Shown here in pieces: positions 27,896 to 37,900 of a stretch of DNA of 64,000 nt. Each line of letters starts with the position of its first letter. Position 1 is the first letter of the stretch. The notes under the pieces were generated by a model that was not told the origin of the DNA, made no database searches, and worked only from the letters and a program-made list of their open reading frames with translations. The stretch is from a virus. Made by a program: the position numbers and the translations under genes. The stretch covers positions 36,001-100,000 of the IMG/VR virus record IMGVR_UViG_3300020045_006384. The stretch is one strand, 5' to 3'.

Positions 27896-28774
27896 GTAGA
27901 AATAAACATGAGTAATGTTGAATCTCAGCAAGATTTAAATGAAAGATCAAGAACTGCTTCTTTTATAGCAACTTTACAAGCTTCATATACAGATTTTCAT
28001 TATTTAAGAGATATTTGGAAGAAAAATACTGAAAAAGATGCATTAATTGGTGTATCTATGACAGGAATTGCTTCTAAAAGTAACTTAGAATTAAATTATG
28101 TTGAAGCTGCTGAAATTGTTAAAGAACAAAATATTGAATTAGCTAAAATTTTAGGTATTAATCCTGCTGCAAGAACAACTGCTGTAAAACCTGCAGGTAC
28201 TACTAGTTTAGTATTAGGTACATCATCAGGAATTCATGCTTGGCATAATGATTATTATTTAAGAAGAATGCGAGTTAATAAAAATGAAGCATTATATCAA
28301 TATTTGGCTATATATCATCCAGAATTAATTGAAGATGAATACTTTAGTCCAAATACTACTGCTGTTATTACAGTTCCTCAAAAAGCACCTGAAGGAGCTA
28401 TAACAAGACACGAATCAACAATTGATGCTTTAGAAAGGGTTAAACTTATATCTAAAGATTGGGTTAAAACTGGACATATTAAAGGCGAAAATACTCATAA
28501 TGTATCATGTACTGTATCAGTAAGATCTGATGAATGGAAAATTGTTGGAGAATGGATGTGGGTTAATAAAGATTATTATAATGGATTATCTGTTTTACCA
28601 TATGATGGTGGAACATATAAACAAACTCCATTTGAAGATTGTACAAAAGAAACTTATGATAAATTAATGGAAACACTAAAAGATATTGATTTAACAAAAG
28701 TTATTGAAGTAAATGATACTACTAATCTTAAAGACCAAGCTGCTTGTAGTGGTCCAGGTGGATGTGAGATATAA
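27896..28774 (+). CDS. nrdJ: class II ribonucleotide reductase, exon 2
   Basis: VEIN, IGVSMTG, TAVKPAGT, SSGIH, HNVSCT, C-terminal CSGPGGCEI. Confidence 0.92.
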   Translation, partial: VEINMSNVESQQDLNERSRTASFIATLQASYTDFHYLRDIWKKNTEKDALIGVSMTGIASKSNLELNYVEAAEIVKEQNIELAKILGINPAARTTAVKPAGTTSLVLGTSSGIHAWHNDYYLRRMRVNKNEALYQYLAIYHPELIEDEYFSPNTTAVITVPQKAPEGAITRHESTIDALERVKLISKDWVKTGHIKGENTHNVSCTVSVRSDEWKIVGEWMWVNKDYYNGLSVLPYDGGTYKQTPFEDCTKETYDKLMETLKDIDLTKVIEVNDTTNLKDQAACSGPGGCEI

Positions 28775-28803
28775 TAAAATTTTATATAAAATAATTGTGA
28801 AAT

Positions 28804-28839
28804 GATTAGGATTTGTGAAATAAATTGTTTATATTTGTA
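28804..28839 (+). promoter_or_regulatory. Bacteroidota-type promoter upstream of the free-standing HNH gene
   Basis: ATTAGGATTTGT...TATATTTG (28830-28837). Confidence 0.7.
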
Positions 28840-28853
28840 TAAAATATAAATAT

Positions 28854-29405
28854 ATGAAAAAATTAAATCCAATTGGAGAAATTTATGGTAAACTAAAAGT
28901 TATATCAGAACATTCTAAAACAAGAAATGGTCATTATAGATATACTTGTCTTTGTGAGTGTGGTAACACAACAAATGTTTTACTCACTCACTTAAGACAA
29001 ACTAATACAAAATCTTGTGGGTGTGATAAACCTTTAGGAAACACACATAATATGTGGGAAGGAATTGGTGAAATATCAGGAAATTTTTGGTACAATCATA
29101 TAGTACGTAGTGCTAAAGGAAATAAAGGTAGAAAAGAAATAGAATTATCTATTACAAAAGATTATATTTGGGATTTATTTTTAAAACAAGATAGAAAATG
29201 TAATTTATCAGGTTTAGAATTAAATTTTCCAATAAAAAATAAAGATCGAAACTATACTGCTTCTTTAGATAGAATAGATTCTTCATTAGGATATATTGAA
29301 GGAAACGTACAATGGTTACATAAAGATGTAAATATGATGAAAAGAATTTACAATAATGAATATTTTATTAATATATGTAAATTAATAGCAAATAATAATG
29401 TATAA
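28854..29405 (+). CDS. free-standing HNH homing endonuclease
   Basis: YGKL.V..C.CECG..KSCGC N-terminal domain; C.LSG, SLDRID..GYIEGNVQW.HK..N.MK. Confidence 0.88.
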   Translation: MKKLNPIGEIYGKLKVISEHSKTRNGHYRYTCLCECGNTTNVLLTHLRQTNTKSCGCDKPLGNTHNMWEGIGEISGNFWYNHIVRSAKGNKGRKEIELSITKDYIWDLFLKQDRKCNLSGLELNFPIKNKDRNYTASLDRIDSSLGYIEGNVQWLHKDVNMMKRIYNNEYFINICKLIANNNV

Positions 29406-29461
29406 ATATTTAGGAACTCAATGTTGGATATATACATTGTATATTCAAGAAAATAAATAAA

Positions 29462-29881
29462 ATGATATTAATATCTAATAAAAAAGATTACTATAATCAT
29501 ATTAATAGAGAAAGTAAAAAAAATAATTCTTTCTTTTATATTGCTACATATGGATTTAAACTTGAAAAAGATATAGAAGAAATTCTAAATAATCTTAAAA
29601 AAACTAAATGTAAAGATGTAAAAATATTAATAGGATTGAGTAATCCAAGTATTAAACAAATAAATTTTTTAAAAAATAAACTTTCAAATTATAATGTAAA
29701 ACTTTTTAACAACAGTCATTTAAAAATGATTGTAAATGATACTTCTGGTATTATTGGTGGTAGAAATTTAACACAAAGTGATTGGAAAGATACAGGTGTT
29801 AAATTTTTAAATAAACAAAGTATTTTAAAATTAAAATCTGAATTTTTAAAAAATTATAATTCTAGACAAGGATTATTATAA
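29462..29881 (+). CDS. phospholipase D-superfamily (single HKD) nuclease-like protein
   Basis: HLKMIVND...GGRNLT matches HxKxxxxD...GSxN. Confidence 0.78.
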   Translation: MILISNKKDYYNHINRESKKNNSFFYIATYGFKLEKDIEEILNNLKKTKCKDVKILIGLSNPSIKQINFLKNKLSNYNVKLFNNSHLKMIVNDTSGIIGGRNLTQSDWKDTGVKFLNKQSILKLKSEFLKNYNSRQGLL

Positions 29882-29893
29882 ATAATTAATAAA

Positions 29894-29964
29894 TAAGGTA
29901 GGAGCATCTGCTGCGTATCCTTTAAAAAGTCAGTAAAAGCATGCAGATAACTGAACTTGCCTTA
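29894..29964 (+). ncRNA. unassigned structured RNA with pseudoknot
   Basis: TAAGGTAGG/CTTGCCTTA closing stem, ATCTGCTGC/GCATGCAGAT inner stem, TCAGT/ACTGA pseudoknot; GC-rich island in an AT-rich spacer. Confidence 0.55.
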
Positions 29965-29983
29965 AATTTATTACTAAACATAA

Positions 29984-31255
29984 ATGGAATTAAACGAAAA
30001 GAAAAATAGAATACAAGATGCTGCAATAGAAAAATGGATCTATTTAGGTAAATGTGGTACAGTTGAAGCTATTACAGGTATTGGTAAGATGTTTATATTT
30101 TTAAAGGCATTATGTACCATGCCAAGACATCAACAAGACACTGTCCATTTATTTTTAGCTGAAACTACACAACGAGATAGAGATTTACAAGAACAAATTA
30201 AAATTTTTAATAAAATTTATAATGTTGATGTGTTAGCAATGTATAATTTAGAATTTCATTGTTATCAAGAAGTTTATAAATGGAAAGGTTACAAACTTGG
30301 TTTAGTTGGTTGTGATGAAATTCATGAACAATTAACTCCAGAATATATTAAGTTTCATCTTTATAATAAATATGATGCTATAATTGGATTAACAGCATTA
30401 TTAAAAAGTGATCAATTTTACACAATTAAAAAGGATTTACCGCTTAGAAATTTCTTTGGTAAGGATATGATTAATAAATATGAAATGATTGCTAAAATAG
30501 CTCCTATTTGCTATAGATACACAGTTAATCAAGGACAACTAGATGATACTTCTCGTAAATTAAATATTTATGTTATACAAAATAAATTAGACAGTGTTAA
30601 TAAAAATGTATTAGGTGGTGCAAAACATTCTCCATTTTTACAAACTGAAGCTAGTGCTTATTCATATGCAACTAAATTATTTAATGAAGCTGTAAATTTA
30701 GAACCTAAACCTGAAGAAGATTGGATTAGATTTGAAGAAAAAAAACAATTAAAAATAATTCAAGCTTCTAATAAAAGAAGTAATATACTTTATAATTTAC
30801 TAAGTAAAGTTTGTATTATAAAAGTTTTATTAGCTAATATTAAAACTAAAAGTATTGTTTTTGGAACAAGTTTAGAATCTTTAAAAAAAATTACACCAAA
30901 TGTAATATCATCTTTAAATTCAGATAGTGTAAATGATGTAATTTTAAATAATTTTGCTAAAGATATAATTACAGTAATTGGTTCTTTTAAAAAATTAATT
31001 CAAGGTGCAAATTTACCAGATTTAGATAATTGTTTTATAATCTCTTATTACAGCTCACAAGTGAAACTTATTCAAATGATGGGTAGATTAAGACAAAACA
31101 AAAATAAAGTTGGTAATGTATTTATAATTGTTACTCAAGGAACTCAAGAAGTTGTATGGTTTAATAAAATGATTAAAGATGTAATTGATTACAATATAAT
31201 TTATTGTGATGGAGTTCAAGATTGTTTAACAAAATATAGAGAAAACACCAAATAA
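29984..31255 (+). CDS. superfamily 2 helicase
   Basis: Q motif, TGIGK, CDEIH, GLTA, QGANLP, QMMGR.R. Confidence 0.88.
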   Translation: MELNEKKNRIQDAAIEKWIYLGKCGTVEAITGIGKMFIFLKALCTMPRHQQDTVHLFLAETTQRDRDLQEQIKIFNKIYNVDVLAMYNLEFHCYQEVYKWKGYKLGLVGCDEIHEQLTPEYIKFHLYNKYDAIIGLTALLKSDQFYTIKKDLPLRNFFGKDMINKYEMIAKIAPICYRYTVNQGQLDDTSRKLNIYVIQNKLDSVNKNVLGGAKHSPFLQTEASAYSYATKLFNEAVNLEPKPEEDWIRFEEKKQLKIIQASNKRSNILYNLLSKVCIIKVLLANIKTKSIVFGTSLESLKKITPNVISSLNSDSVNDVILNNFAKDIITVIGSFKKLIQGANLPDLDNCFIISYYSSQVKLIQMMGRLRQNKNKVGNVFIIVTQGTQEVVWFNKMIKDVIDYNIIYCDGVQDCLTKYRENTK

Positions 31256-31264
31256 AAATTATTA

Positions 31265-31561
31265 ATGGAACAAAATGAAAAAGATATTGTTTATGATCAT
31301 TTACTTAATGTTAATGACAGAGAATACACAATTTCTAAAACAATAGAAGAGTTATTAGAATTAGCTTTAATTTTAAAACAAAGACAAAACAAACCTGATT
31401 TAGTATCAGATTTAAAAATTATAGAAGAAATAGGAGATGTTAAAATAAGATTAAAAGTTCTTGTTGAAATATTTTCTAAAGATTTAATTAAAGAACGTAT
31501 TAATTTCAAATTAAAGAAATTTTACAGATACATAACAACAAAAAAATACAAAAATATATAA
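31265..31561 (+). CDS. MazG-like NTP pyrophosphohydrolase
   Basis: IEELLEL...EEIGDV. Confidence 0.75.
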   Translation: MEQNEKDIVYDHLLNVNDREYTISKTIEELLELALILKQRQNKPDLVSDLKIIEEIGDVKIRLKVLVEIFSKDLIKERINFKLKKFYRYITTKKYKNI

Positions 31562-31562
31562 T

Positions 31563-32309
31563 ATGAGATTAAAATGTTTAAAAACTGGTAACAATAAATC
31601 AATTTCTGCAAATACAGATTATGATGTAGTAGAAGAATCAGAAACTAGATATACTTTAATAAATGATAATGGTGTTCAAAAAAATTATGCTAAAAATTTA
31701 TTTAGAGTAATTCCTGAAAGAACTGCTAGACCAGTTCCACCACCAGCGCCAGTAATTCCAGTAGTTGATGAATTAAACATTACTACTGCAGTTGTAAAAG
31801 GAGAAGTTACTTTTGGTTTTACAATTAGTTGTCCATTTATTGGAAGAAATGTGTTTAATTATGATTCAACACAAATTGTAAATTTTGCTAGAATTTCTGC
31901 AAGTTGTGGAGTATATTCTTTTTCAGGATTAAATAGTATTATTAATCATTTACAAACAATGAGAAATAATTTTAATGGATATTTGAGAAATCATAATACT
32001 GTATTTACTTTAAATCCTGAAATTAATCTTGATGAAACTTTTAAAGATATTTATGTATCTATAGTTCAAGATATTATTGCAAGTTTTCAAGGTAACCAAG
32101 GTAGTAGATGTGCTGCATTTATTATGTCAACTACTACAAATACTATTGAACAGTTACCTGATTTTCATGATGTATTAAATGAATTGTCTAGTTCAGTTAT
32201 TACTGCAATGAATCCTAATAGTAATAATAGAATTACCACTTGGACATTTGTTGTAAATGAAGATGATGCAACTGTTGTTAATAATAATGCTGTTGCAGTA
32301 GAAGCTTAA
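31563..32309 (+). CDS. hypothetical protein (small N-terminal beta domain, Pro linker, SCG...NPNS domain)
   Basis: 248-aa ORF with PVPPPAP linker. Confidence 0.75.
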   Translation: MRLKCLKTGNNKSISANTDYDVVEESETRYTLINDNGVQKNYAKNLFRVIPERTARPVPPPAPVIPVVDELNITTAVVKGEVTFGFTISCPFIGRNVFNYDSTQIVNFARISASCGVYSFSGLNSIINHLQTMRNNFNGYLRNHNTVFTLNPEINLDETFKDIYVSIVQDIIASFQGNQGSRCAAFIMSTTTNTIEQLPDFHDVLNELSSSVITAMNPNSNNRITTWTFVVNEDDATVVNNNAVAVEA

Positions 32310-32323
32310 CAAATAAAAACAAA

Positions 32324-32352
32324 AAAGCCACTATCAATTAGGTAGTGGCTTT
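32324..32352 (+). terminator. intrinsic terminator
   Basis: AAAGCCACTATC-AATTA-GGTAGTGGCTTT. Confidence 0.75.
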
Positions 32353-32363
32353 AATTTTAAAAT

Positions 32364-32687
32364 ATGAATGCAGAGAGATATAATGAAGGAAAAATAAAAT
32401 GGAGTTTAGTTAGTTGGAAAGCATTAGAACCAATGGTTAAAGTATTAATGTTTGGTGCTAATAAGTATTCAGCTAATAATTGGAAAAAAGGACTAAAATA
32501 CAGTGAAATAACTGAAAGTTTACAAAGACATTTAAATGCTTTTGTAGAAGGTGAAAATGATGATCCTGAAAGTAAGTTATCACATATTGGTCATATATTG
32601 TGTAATGCAATGTTCTTATCTTATATGTATCTTTTTAGAAAAGATATGGATGATAGATATGTTGATAAAAATATAAAGAATGAATAA
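32364..32687 (+). CDS. dATP/dGTP diphosphohydrolase-domain protein (DUF5664-like)
   Basis: GK..WSL, FGANKY...NW.KG, RHL, DPES.LSH..H..CN. Confidence 0.82.
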   Translation: MNAERYNEGKIKWSLVSWKALEPMVKVLMFGANKYSANNWKKGLKYSEITESLQRHLNAFVEGENDDPESKLSHIGHILCNAMFLSYMYLFRKDMDDRYVDKNIKNE

Positions 32688-33435
32688 CAACAAAGTAGAA
32701 TTATTAGGATTTTATGGAAGTGATGAAGTTGTAGCACAATCTGCTTGGACTAGTACATCAAGAGATATTACAGATGCTAAAAGAGAAAGAATTCCTAATT
32801 TATTAGAAATGCTTTGGTCTAATAAACATGAAACACCATTTGAGAAGGTTTCAGTGCATTTTTTAGTTGATACTGAAATAGCTAGTCATATTCATTTATT
32901 AAAGCATAGAATGGCTAATATTAATGGTGAATCAGCTAGATATAAAGAATTAAAAGAAGATAAATTTTATTTACCTGAAGATTGGAAACAAATATCTTTT
33001 AGTAAAGAAAGTATTGATGAGTTAAGTCGTTCTAATACTTTTACAGAAATGTTATATTTAGATGCTACAAATTGGAATGAGATGTTACATTGTTATTCAA
33101 ATTTAGGAAATCAATTATATCATTTATCTTTAAATGATTTAACACCTATTTTAGGTCGTAAAAGAGCTAAAGAATCTGCTAGATTTTTTAAAACATATAA
33201 TTCACAAATTCAAGCTGATGTAACTTTTAATATGAGAAGTTTTGCTAATTTTATTAAATTAAGAAATAGTGAACATGCTCAATTAGAAATTAGAGAAATT
33301 GCACAACAAATGTGGAATTTAGTTCAAACTGAAACTGAAAATAAATTTGATAATATACTTAAAGTTATTGATGATAGAATTAAGTTTGAAGAAAAATGTG
33401 AAAAATACAAAGAGTTAATAATGAAAATGGAATAA
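32680..33435 (+). CDS. thyX: FAD-dependent thymidylate synthase
   Basis: HETPFE, LLKHR..ESARY, N.RSF..F..LR...HAQ.EIR. Confidence 0.9.
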   Translation: MNNNKVELLGFYGSDEVVAQSAWTSTSRDITDAKRERIPNLLEMLWSNKHETPFEKVSVHFLVDTEIASHIHLLKHRMANINGESARYKELKEDKFYLPEDWKQISFSKESIDELSRSNTFTEMLYLDATNWNEMLHCYSNLGNQLYHLSLNDLTPILGRKRAKESARFFKTYNSQIQADVTFNMRSFANFIKLRNSEHAQLEIREIAQQMWNLVQTETENKFDNILKVIDDRIKFEEKCEKYKELIMKME

Positions 33436-33846
33436 ATGAGCAAGAATTTAACAAATATTCAATTAAATATTATTTCTGAAAGAATAATGTCAGAATTGAA
33501 AAAAAATAAAATAACTGGACAAGTACATAAAAATACTTGTGATAAAGTAGCAGAAGATATTAATTATAAAGAATTAATTAAAAAAGCTAAAAGATATGAA
33601 GAAATCCAAAATGAAATGGGTGAATTAAGTAAAGAAGCTGGATTATTAAATGTTGAAATTAAACATCCTTTTAATGGTACGTATTTTAAAACAGATACAG
33701 AAGGTCTTTTAAAAGCTTATAATACAAAAGTAGAAATTGAATTAAATAAATTAATTCCTACAAAAGCTCAAATTGAAAGTGATATTGTTTTAGCTTCAAT
33801 GGGTGGCTCAAAAGATTTAATTAATGAAATTTTAAGTAAATATTAA
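33436..33846 (+). CDS. hypothetical protein
   Basis: 136-aa helical ORF. Confidence 0.7.
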   Translation: MSKNLTNIQLNIISERIMSELKKNKITGQVHKNTCDKVAEDINYKELIKKAKRYEEIQNEMGELSKEAGLLNVEIKHPFNGTYFKTDTEGLLKAYNTKVEIELNKLIPTKAQIESDIVLASMGGSKDLINEILSKY

Positions 33847-33848
33847 TT

Positions 33849-34127
33849 ATGCTGTATCAAATATTAATAATGTTAGGATTAACTATCCTACAAAACGCAA
33901 GTTTTACTTTAGTTAGTAGAGCAAGAAATAGTAGCAGTTTGTTATATCATACTGTTGCTTCAGTATTATCAAATGGTATATGGTTACTTGTTATTAGACA
34001 TGTAGTTACCAATTTTGATAATTGGATATTAATGGTTACTTATGTAATAGGTGCTGTTATTGGAAGTATTAGTATGCATTATATTGCTATGAAATACTTT
34101 GAAAAACCTAAAATTAATAAAAAATAA
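33849..34127 (+). CDS. small multi-TM membrane protein
   Basis: Three hydrophobic segments in 92 aa. Confidence 0.72.
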   Translation: MLYQILIMLGLTILQNASFTLVSRARNSSSLLYHTVASVLSNGIWLLVIRHVVTNFDNWILMVTYVIGAVIGSISMHYIAMKYFEKPKINKK

Positions 34128-34592
34128 ATGATTAAAATATTAAAACCTTTAAAACCTAATAAACAACCTAAAAATAAATATAAGTTTGTTATTGAACTTA
34201 TGGGTGGTGATGGTGATGCATATTTTCATCCTGAAGTATTAGTTGATAAAGATAATCCTTATTTAGATAGATTTTTAAAATTTTTAGATAATTGTAAAAA
34301 AAAATATCCCCATGGAAAAGGTGGTGATGATAATTATAATGATGTTGAAGATTATTGGTTATTTGTAGAATGTGATGAATATCCTGAAGAAATTGAAGAA
34401 AATGGAGTATGGAGAGAAACTACACAAGAAGATTGGGATAGTTTTGATTCTGAACTTAATAATTGTGGTATACAATTTGAATGGGAAAATAGTTATGAAT
34501 ATTTTGGAGAATCTTCTTATAGAAATGTAACAGTTTCTTATTTTGATGAAAATGGAATCGAATATGAATGTAAAATAATTGAAAATGAATAA
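34128..34592 (+). CDS. acidic hypothetical protein
   Basis: 154-aa ORF. Confidence 0.7.
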   Translation: MIKILKPLKPNKQPKNKYKFVIELMGGDGDAYFHPEVLVDKDNPYLDRFLKFLDNCKKKYPHGKGGDDNYNDVEDYWLFVECDEYPEEIEENGVWRETTQEDWDSFDSELNNCGIQFEWENSYEYFGESSYRNVTVSYFDENGIEYECKIIENE

Positions 34593-34812
34593 TACTATAA
34601 ATACACCAAAAAGCTCTGTAATTAAGAGTTTAACATATGATGAAGGTAGAAAAGATTTAACTGTAGATTTTAAATCAGGTAAATTATATATTTACACACC
34701 TGTTTCACAACAATTTTTTAATAAATTAAATAACGCTGAAAGTAAAGGTGCTTTCTTTAATTTACATATTAAAAAAAATGAAGCATTAACTTGTTTAAAA
34801 GTAATTAAATAA
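34579..34812 (+). CDS. KTSC-domain protein
   Basis: SSVIKSLTYD..L.V.F.SG..Y.Y..V......L..AESKG.FFN..IK. Confidence 0.88.
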   Translation: MKMNNTINTPKSSVIKSLTYDEGRKDLTVDFKSGKLYIYTPVSQQFFNKLNNAESKGAFFNLHIKKNEALTCLKVIK

Positions 34813-34865
34813 TAAATTAAAAGATGGATATCCTTTAATTGTTTATATAACACTAATATAAACGC

Positions 34866-34909
34866 AAAAAGCCACATACGACCATTACGGTTATATGTGG
34901 CTTTTTTTT
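34866..34909. terminator. bidirectional intrinsic terminator at the convergence of the two genome arms
   Basis: AAAAAGCCACATA...TATGTGGCTTTTTTTT with A and T tracts on both sides. Confidence 0.88.
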
Positions 34910-34915
34910 GACTTT

Positions 34916-37900
34916 TTATTTATTCAATAGGTTGTAGAGATTTTTATATTCTTTATCTAATTGAGCGTAGAAAGGAGTTATTTTTTTAACATGTTTTACT
35001 AATACATTGTTATGTTTTGAATCTTCACTAAAATAATCAAAGAAAGTTTCATTTCTTTGAGGATTAAAATTAATAGGTGTTACAATATCATTTACTACAT
35101 TTGCACAGTTTTGAATAAATCTGTTAGCTGCAACTGGATTAGCAATCATTCTTTGTAACTCCATTGGGTTTCTAAATTGTGAAAGTTCTGATTCAAGTCT
35201 TCTAAAAGCATACATTGCAAAAAATAATTCATTATCATCATCTCCTGCAGCGGCACCAATCATCATACCTAATAAAGGAAGTATAACCATAGTTAAACAA
35301 ATCTCTAATGTAGTATTTTTTAGATTAGCTTTTTCATAATCAGATAAACTATTATAATTATCTATCATATAAGCTAATTGCAGCCCTTTTAAAGAAGGAA
35401 TTACACCTTGGCTTATAAAACGTATGAATGTAGTATAAATACCTTCTGTAAACTCTTGTTCTGCATTATTAAATGATATATCATCTTCAGTTAAATCTTC
35501 TTTAGCTGTTAATGATGTTTCAATTCCTTTATATCTATGTTTTAAAGAAGATAAAAAGAAGTTTTTAAACATCATTAGTGTTTTACCCCACCAAGTTTTA
35601 GCAATTTCAGCTTTCATTAATGGGTCATATACACCAAATATATCATGAGCTTTCTTTTTAATTACATAATTGATATGTTGTTTACCACCTTCATGATATT
35701 TAGAATCAATATTCTTTTTAGTATAAACAACTTTATCACTCATAACAAGTTTACCATCAGAATTTAATGATAACATATCAAATAATGAAGCTGCATTTAA
35801 TTCTTCAACTACAATTCCTTCTTTATTAATATATTTTCTTTCAGAATTCATAACTTTAATACCTCTTAAGATAGATTCAGTTAATACAGCATTCATCATA
35901 TGCTCACCCATTTCATTTAATCCATTCATTGAATGAGTTGAAATGATTTTTTTAGCATAACTATTGCGTATAAATTCTTGAGTAGCACTATCAAATCCAC
36001 CAAATATATCAAACATATCTAACATTTGGTTATGAAATGATTGTTTAACAGGTTGATTTAAATCAGCTAATATATTCATTATATTTTTACTATAATGAGC
36101 TTCAGCTTTTAATAAATCTGTTTTATTAAATGTATATCCACCAGCAGAAGTTAAAAACATTTGAGTAACACCATTTAATACATTGACAACTCCTGAACCT
36201 AAGTTAGCAGTCATTGCAATATTTGCAGCAAATCCATTTACCATAGATGCTAATTTACTTGCTTCTAATTTTGAACCAAATACTTTACCACCACTATAAG
36301 ATAAAACATCATATAAATGAGTTTCTAAAAGACCTTCAATTTTTTTAAGTTCTTGAGAAAACTCACCACTAAATGTAGTTCCTGGAGCATGTGTTGCATA
36401 TTTATTTTGTAACCATTTACCAGTTTGAATAGAGCGTTTTTTATATTCTTTAGATGAAGCTATATCTACAAATAATTTAAGTTTTATTTCATTAGATTTC
36501 TTTTCTTTATAATTAATTGCATTTAAAGCTTCTTTTCTATATACAGTAAATAAATCTAAAGATTGATCTTTTGAATCAAGTTTACCTCTAAATCCAATTT
36601 TAACAGTTCTTTTCTCTTTGTTCTTACTATCTACAGCTTCACCATAATTTACATCATCAACTTTAACCTCTGTTAAATCAGTCCATTTATCTTTTAGTTG
36701 ACCTTTAACATCACCTTCAAGTGTTCTTTCTAAATTAGATTTAGTAACAGAAGGAATTTTGTAAAATTTAGCACCATATACAGATTTAACTAAACTAACA
36801 TGATTATTATAAACAGTTACATTATTATTATCTGTTTCAGATTTAAAATAATCTAATAATTCTTTTTCAACACCTGTAACTTCAGCATTCTTGTATTTAG
36901 GATGTGGAACAGTTTTTTCATTAATAGAAATAGTATTAACACTAAACCAAGCTTTTCTTTTAGATTTTAAAGTTTTATATTCTGCATCTTTATTTAATGC
37001 TTTTAAAGCTTCTTTTTTAGTATCAAATTGTGAACTATATTTTTCTTTTAATTCAGTTATTTTATCTAATATAGGATATAATTCATTTTGAACAGAATCT
37101 AAAAATTTAGTAGAGTATTCTCCTTTTAAATAATATTGATCATTTTGACTTAATTCAATAATATTTCCATACATTTCAGATTGCTTATTTTGTCCTTTTT
37201 CTTTAGAATATTTTTTAAATATTTTATTTAGTTGGAATTGCTTATCATGATAAGCATTTATAATATTATCTCTCATTTTACCAATAGTATTTGATATAAG
37301 ATTGATTAATGGAGAATTTATATTTAAAATATCTGTAGTATTTCTATCAAATGTTGAAATATCAAAGTAAGGATCATATACAATTTTACGAGCACTTTCT
37401 CTTAAAGCATTTTGATAATCAGATTTATATTTTGTTTCAATCATTCTACCAAAATATTCTTCTTTAGTTTCAGATTTAATATTTAATTTAGCATGTTCTG
37501 AAAATAATTTATCTTTCCATTCCGTAACAACTTTAGTGTTATTTTCAGGTTTAGAAAATTCTGTAACAGCAAATGCTTTTTTAATATTTATAAATGAATC
37601 TGTTAAACTTTGATGACCATCTTTTAAATTATGTAATACTTTTTTAATTTCTTCAATTTGAACTTTATCTTTTCTTTCTAATGTTTTATCATTTTGACTT
37701 CTAGTAATTAAAGAATTAATTTCATCTAATAAATCATATGCTGATAAGTATTCTTCATAACTATCAACAAGTTTTAACATTTCAAAAGTATCTAAATCTT
37801 TTGTAGATAAATTATCTAAAGTATTATATAAATCATCATTAATATCTAAATTATTATCTTTAACTAATTCTTTAATAAAAGGATCATTTTTATATAATTC

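Noticed and set aside
29401-29455. Promoter-like TTAGGA...GTATATTC with a small hairpin upstream of the PLD gene
   Set aside because: Lacks the TAnnTTTG element and has different spacing; too weak to call
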